A stretch of DNA of 64,000 nucleotides, taken from positions 13,394,001-13,458,000 of the forward strand of contig CM075990.1 of assembly GCA_038087875.1 (NCBI GenBank), read 5' to 3'. Below, piece by piece: positions 47,081 to 64,000 of the stretch. The DNA is from Malacoraja senta (Eukaryota). Each line of letters begins with the position of its first letter. Position 1 is the first letter of the stretch. A model generated the notes under the pieces. That model was not told the origin of the DNA, ran no database searches, and saw only the letters and a list, made by a program, of their open reading frames with translations. The translations under genes and the position numbers were made by a program.

Positions 47081-48051
47081 AAAATGTTCAGTATATTTCA
47101 AATATTAGAATTTAACTCAGGGAGTCATATTCCACCTTGCCGCTAAAATGATTGATTGCTGATGCTGCAGTGGAGAAGAGGACACATCCAAATACATGTC
47201 TCACTAGGAAATCATGTTAAGCTATTCAACATAAGGTCATTTATAACTTCTGGCTCTTGTGATTTCCAGCTGCCTCAAAATCCAGAGGTTATACAAGTTG
47301 CTATCTAACCACACGTGTACAGCACTGTAACAGCAGGTTTGCATGGAGAAAGCTCTCACAAACAGCTGTCTGGTAATGAACATACACTGTGTTCTTGGGG
47401 ACAATTGGGATAGATTCAGAATAGACCTGGCAAACCAAACTAGACATCCATGCAACACCGGACCAATGCAGCAGAAATGTACACCATTGCAATCTGCAAC
47501 CTCACTGCCTGGCATTTCCTTCACTCTACCGTCACAATTGGGCAAGGCAATAGACATTGCTTCAATGAGGAGTGCAGAAGAACACGCCAGTTCCAGCACA
47601 ATGTAGACCCAACAATCATGGGCCAAGCACGGTCCTAGTGAAACAAGTTAGTGGGCATCAACGGAAATACCTCCAGCTGTTGAAGTTAAACCCACACAAA
47701 GAAGACAGTTATGGTTGTTGAGTCAATTATCCCAGCGTGGGGCATCAATGCAGCAATTCCCCAGAGTACCTTCTTCACCAATGGCCTTCCTATCTCCATA
47801 ACAGAAGTGGGGACACACTCTGATAATTGCAGTATTCAATGCCATTTGCAACTTTTGAGAAATGAAACTGTCCAAGCCTGAATACTATGAGACCCGAACA
47901 GCATGGATTAAGTGGCAAAGGACAGTCTTACCACAAAAGTGCCAGGCAATGACCATCTCCAATACGAGAGTCTATCCATCTAACATTTAGTCAATACAAT
48001 CACAATCAAGGGGGCCATTATTCACCAGAAACTCAAATGCATCAGCCAAGT

Positions 48052-48176
48052 CTGAAGAAGGGTCTCGACCCGAAACGTCACCCATTCCTTCTCGCCAGAG
48101 ATGCTGCCTGCCCTGCTGAGTTACTCATTTTGGGTCTACCTTTAATTTAAACCAGCATCTGCAGTTCTTTCCTACA
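48052..48176 (+). mobile_element. Penelope-derived short element starting at an intact hammerhead core, 9-bp TSD
   Basis: CTGAAGA A GGGTCTCGACCC GAAA CG TC at 48052-48079; TSD CAGCCAAGT at 48043-48051 and 48177-48185. Confidence 0.85.
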
Positions 48177-48575
48177 CAGCCAAGTTAATATGGTGGCTAG
48201 AAAAGCTAGTCTGAGATTTGTTAGCATGGGGAAAGTGATATATCTTCTGATACCATAACCTATGAAGCCATTAGAAGCGTGATAAAACACTCCCTATTTG
48301 TCTAAATTAGTGCAGCAATGTATCCTTATTATCTATGAACAGTAGATGGGTAATAAAATGATGTTGGAAGATATATTCACTTCACAATCCCATTGTTAAT
48401 TCTTTTAAGTCAAGTCAAGTCGTCAACTTTATTTGTCACATACACATACAAGATGTGCAGTGAAATGAAAGTGGCAATGCCTGCGGATTGTGCAAAAAAC
48501 TACAGAACAGGAATAATCTTAACAATAATGACCAATTGTCTCCACATTATTTGGAAATTGTTGCTTAAGTTTTCA

Positions 48576-48581
48576 TTTATT
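48576..48581 (-). terminator. Candidate ECD polyadenylation signal
   Basis: TTTATT on + (AATAAA on -) about 300 nt past the ECD stop. Confidence 0.55.
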
Positions 48582-48877
48582 TACAGTTACAAAAATATTT
48601 TCTGTAATACTTTGAGGAAAGTATTAAAATACGGAAAAGTGAACACTCTCTGATTGCTGTACTTTGTTTTCAAATTCATGGCAAATGAAAGCAGACAGCT
48701 GCACCAAAGTCAGATTTAATGGACCCTTGTCTCTAATGATGGACTAGCAGCCCTGGTTTAACTGTAGCGTGGAACACACGTAGAGTTTGGAAGGTGACGC
48801 AAAAGTAACAGAATGGATGATAAAAATCTGTTGTGAGAGGTGTTCACCAGACAGAGCCATTATGTGACTCTGTTCTG

Positions 48878-63807
<14,930 letters not shown>

Positions 63808-64000
63808 CTAACAAGGATTAAAAATAATAAAACTTCAGTTCCGTCTAAAATGTCAGGGTCAACAATCTATCTACAATTATTGAAGGCGCAATTACCAGTT
63901 GCATAAGGAGCTAGAGAAACATTTAGTACAAAAATTAATGCCACCAATTAACATTTTTTCAACATACAATGTTCCAGTACTAAAACAAGATTTCAAATTT

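Noticed and set aside
47237..47638. Overlapping ORFs downstream of the SLC35D3-like stop
   Set aside because: They look like decayed LINE-type sequence and have no coherent frame or splice signals.

Overview
Eukaryotic, intron- and transposon-rich vertebrate DNA. The HE1-like V-SINEs, CR1 LINEs with (CTATGTWT)n tails and Penelope-derived short repeats point to a cartilaginous fish, probably a skate or ray (inference). Three spliced genes were rebuilt by hand with GT-AG boundaries and consistent phases. (1) A complete NUDT13 on + (8 coding exons, 26180-35881, 329 aa) with a CpG-island promoter at about 21.9-22.4 kb. (2) A complete 3-exon, 326-aa SLC35D3-like nucleotide-sugar-transporter gene on + (41596-47080). 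(3) The last 10 coding exons of ECD on - (63807-48878). A CpG-rich region at about 0.5-1.5 kb probably holds the promoter and first exon of a minus-strand gene, P4HA1 by synteny. The SLC35D3-like gene lies inside the P4HA1-NUDT13-ECD block, where I know of no such human gene. The repeats include CR1 LINEs (one tail-to-tail pair forming a ~600-bp inverted repeat), three Tc1 IR/DR copies, two rearranged Gypsy remnants with perfect tRNA-Ser and tRNA-Leu primer-binding sites, a Harbinger MITE and tRNA-derived SINEs. More than a dozen Penelope-derived short elements carry minimal hammerhead-ribozyme cores (CUGAAGA-stem II-GAAA-CG-UH), and one has a full 7-bp stem I. No database searches were run; family calls rest on recalled motifs.
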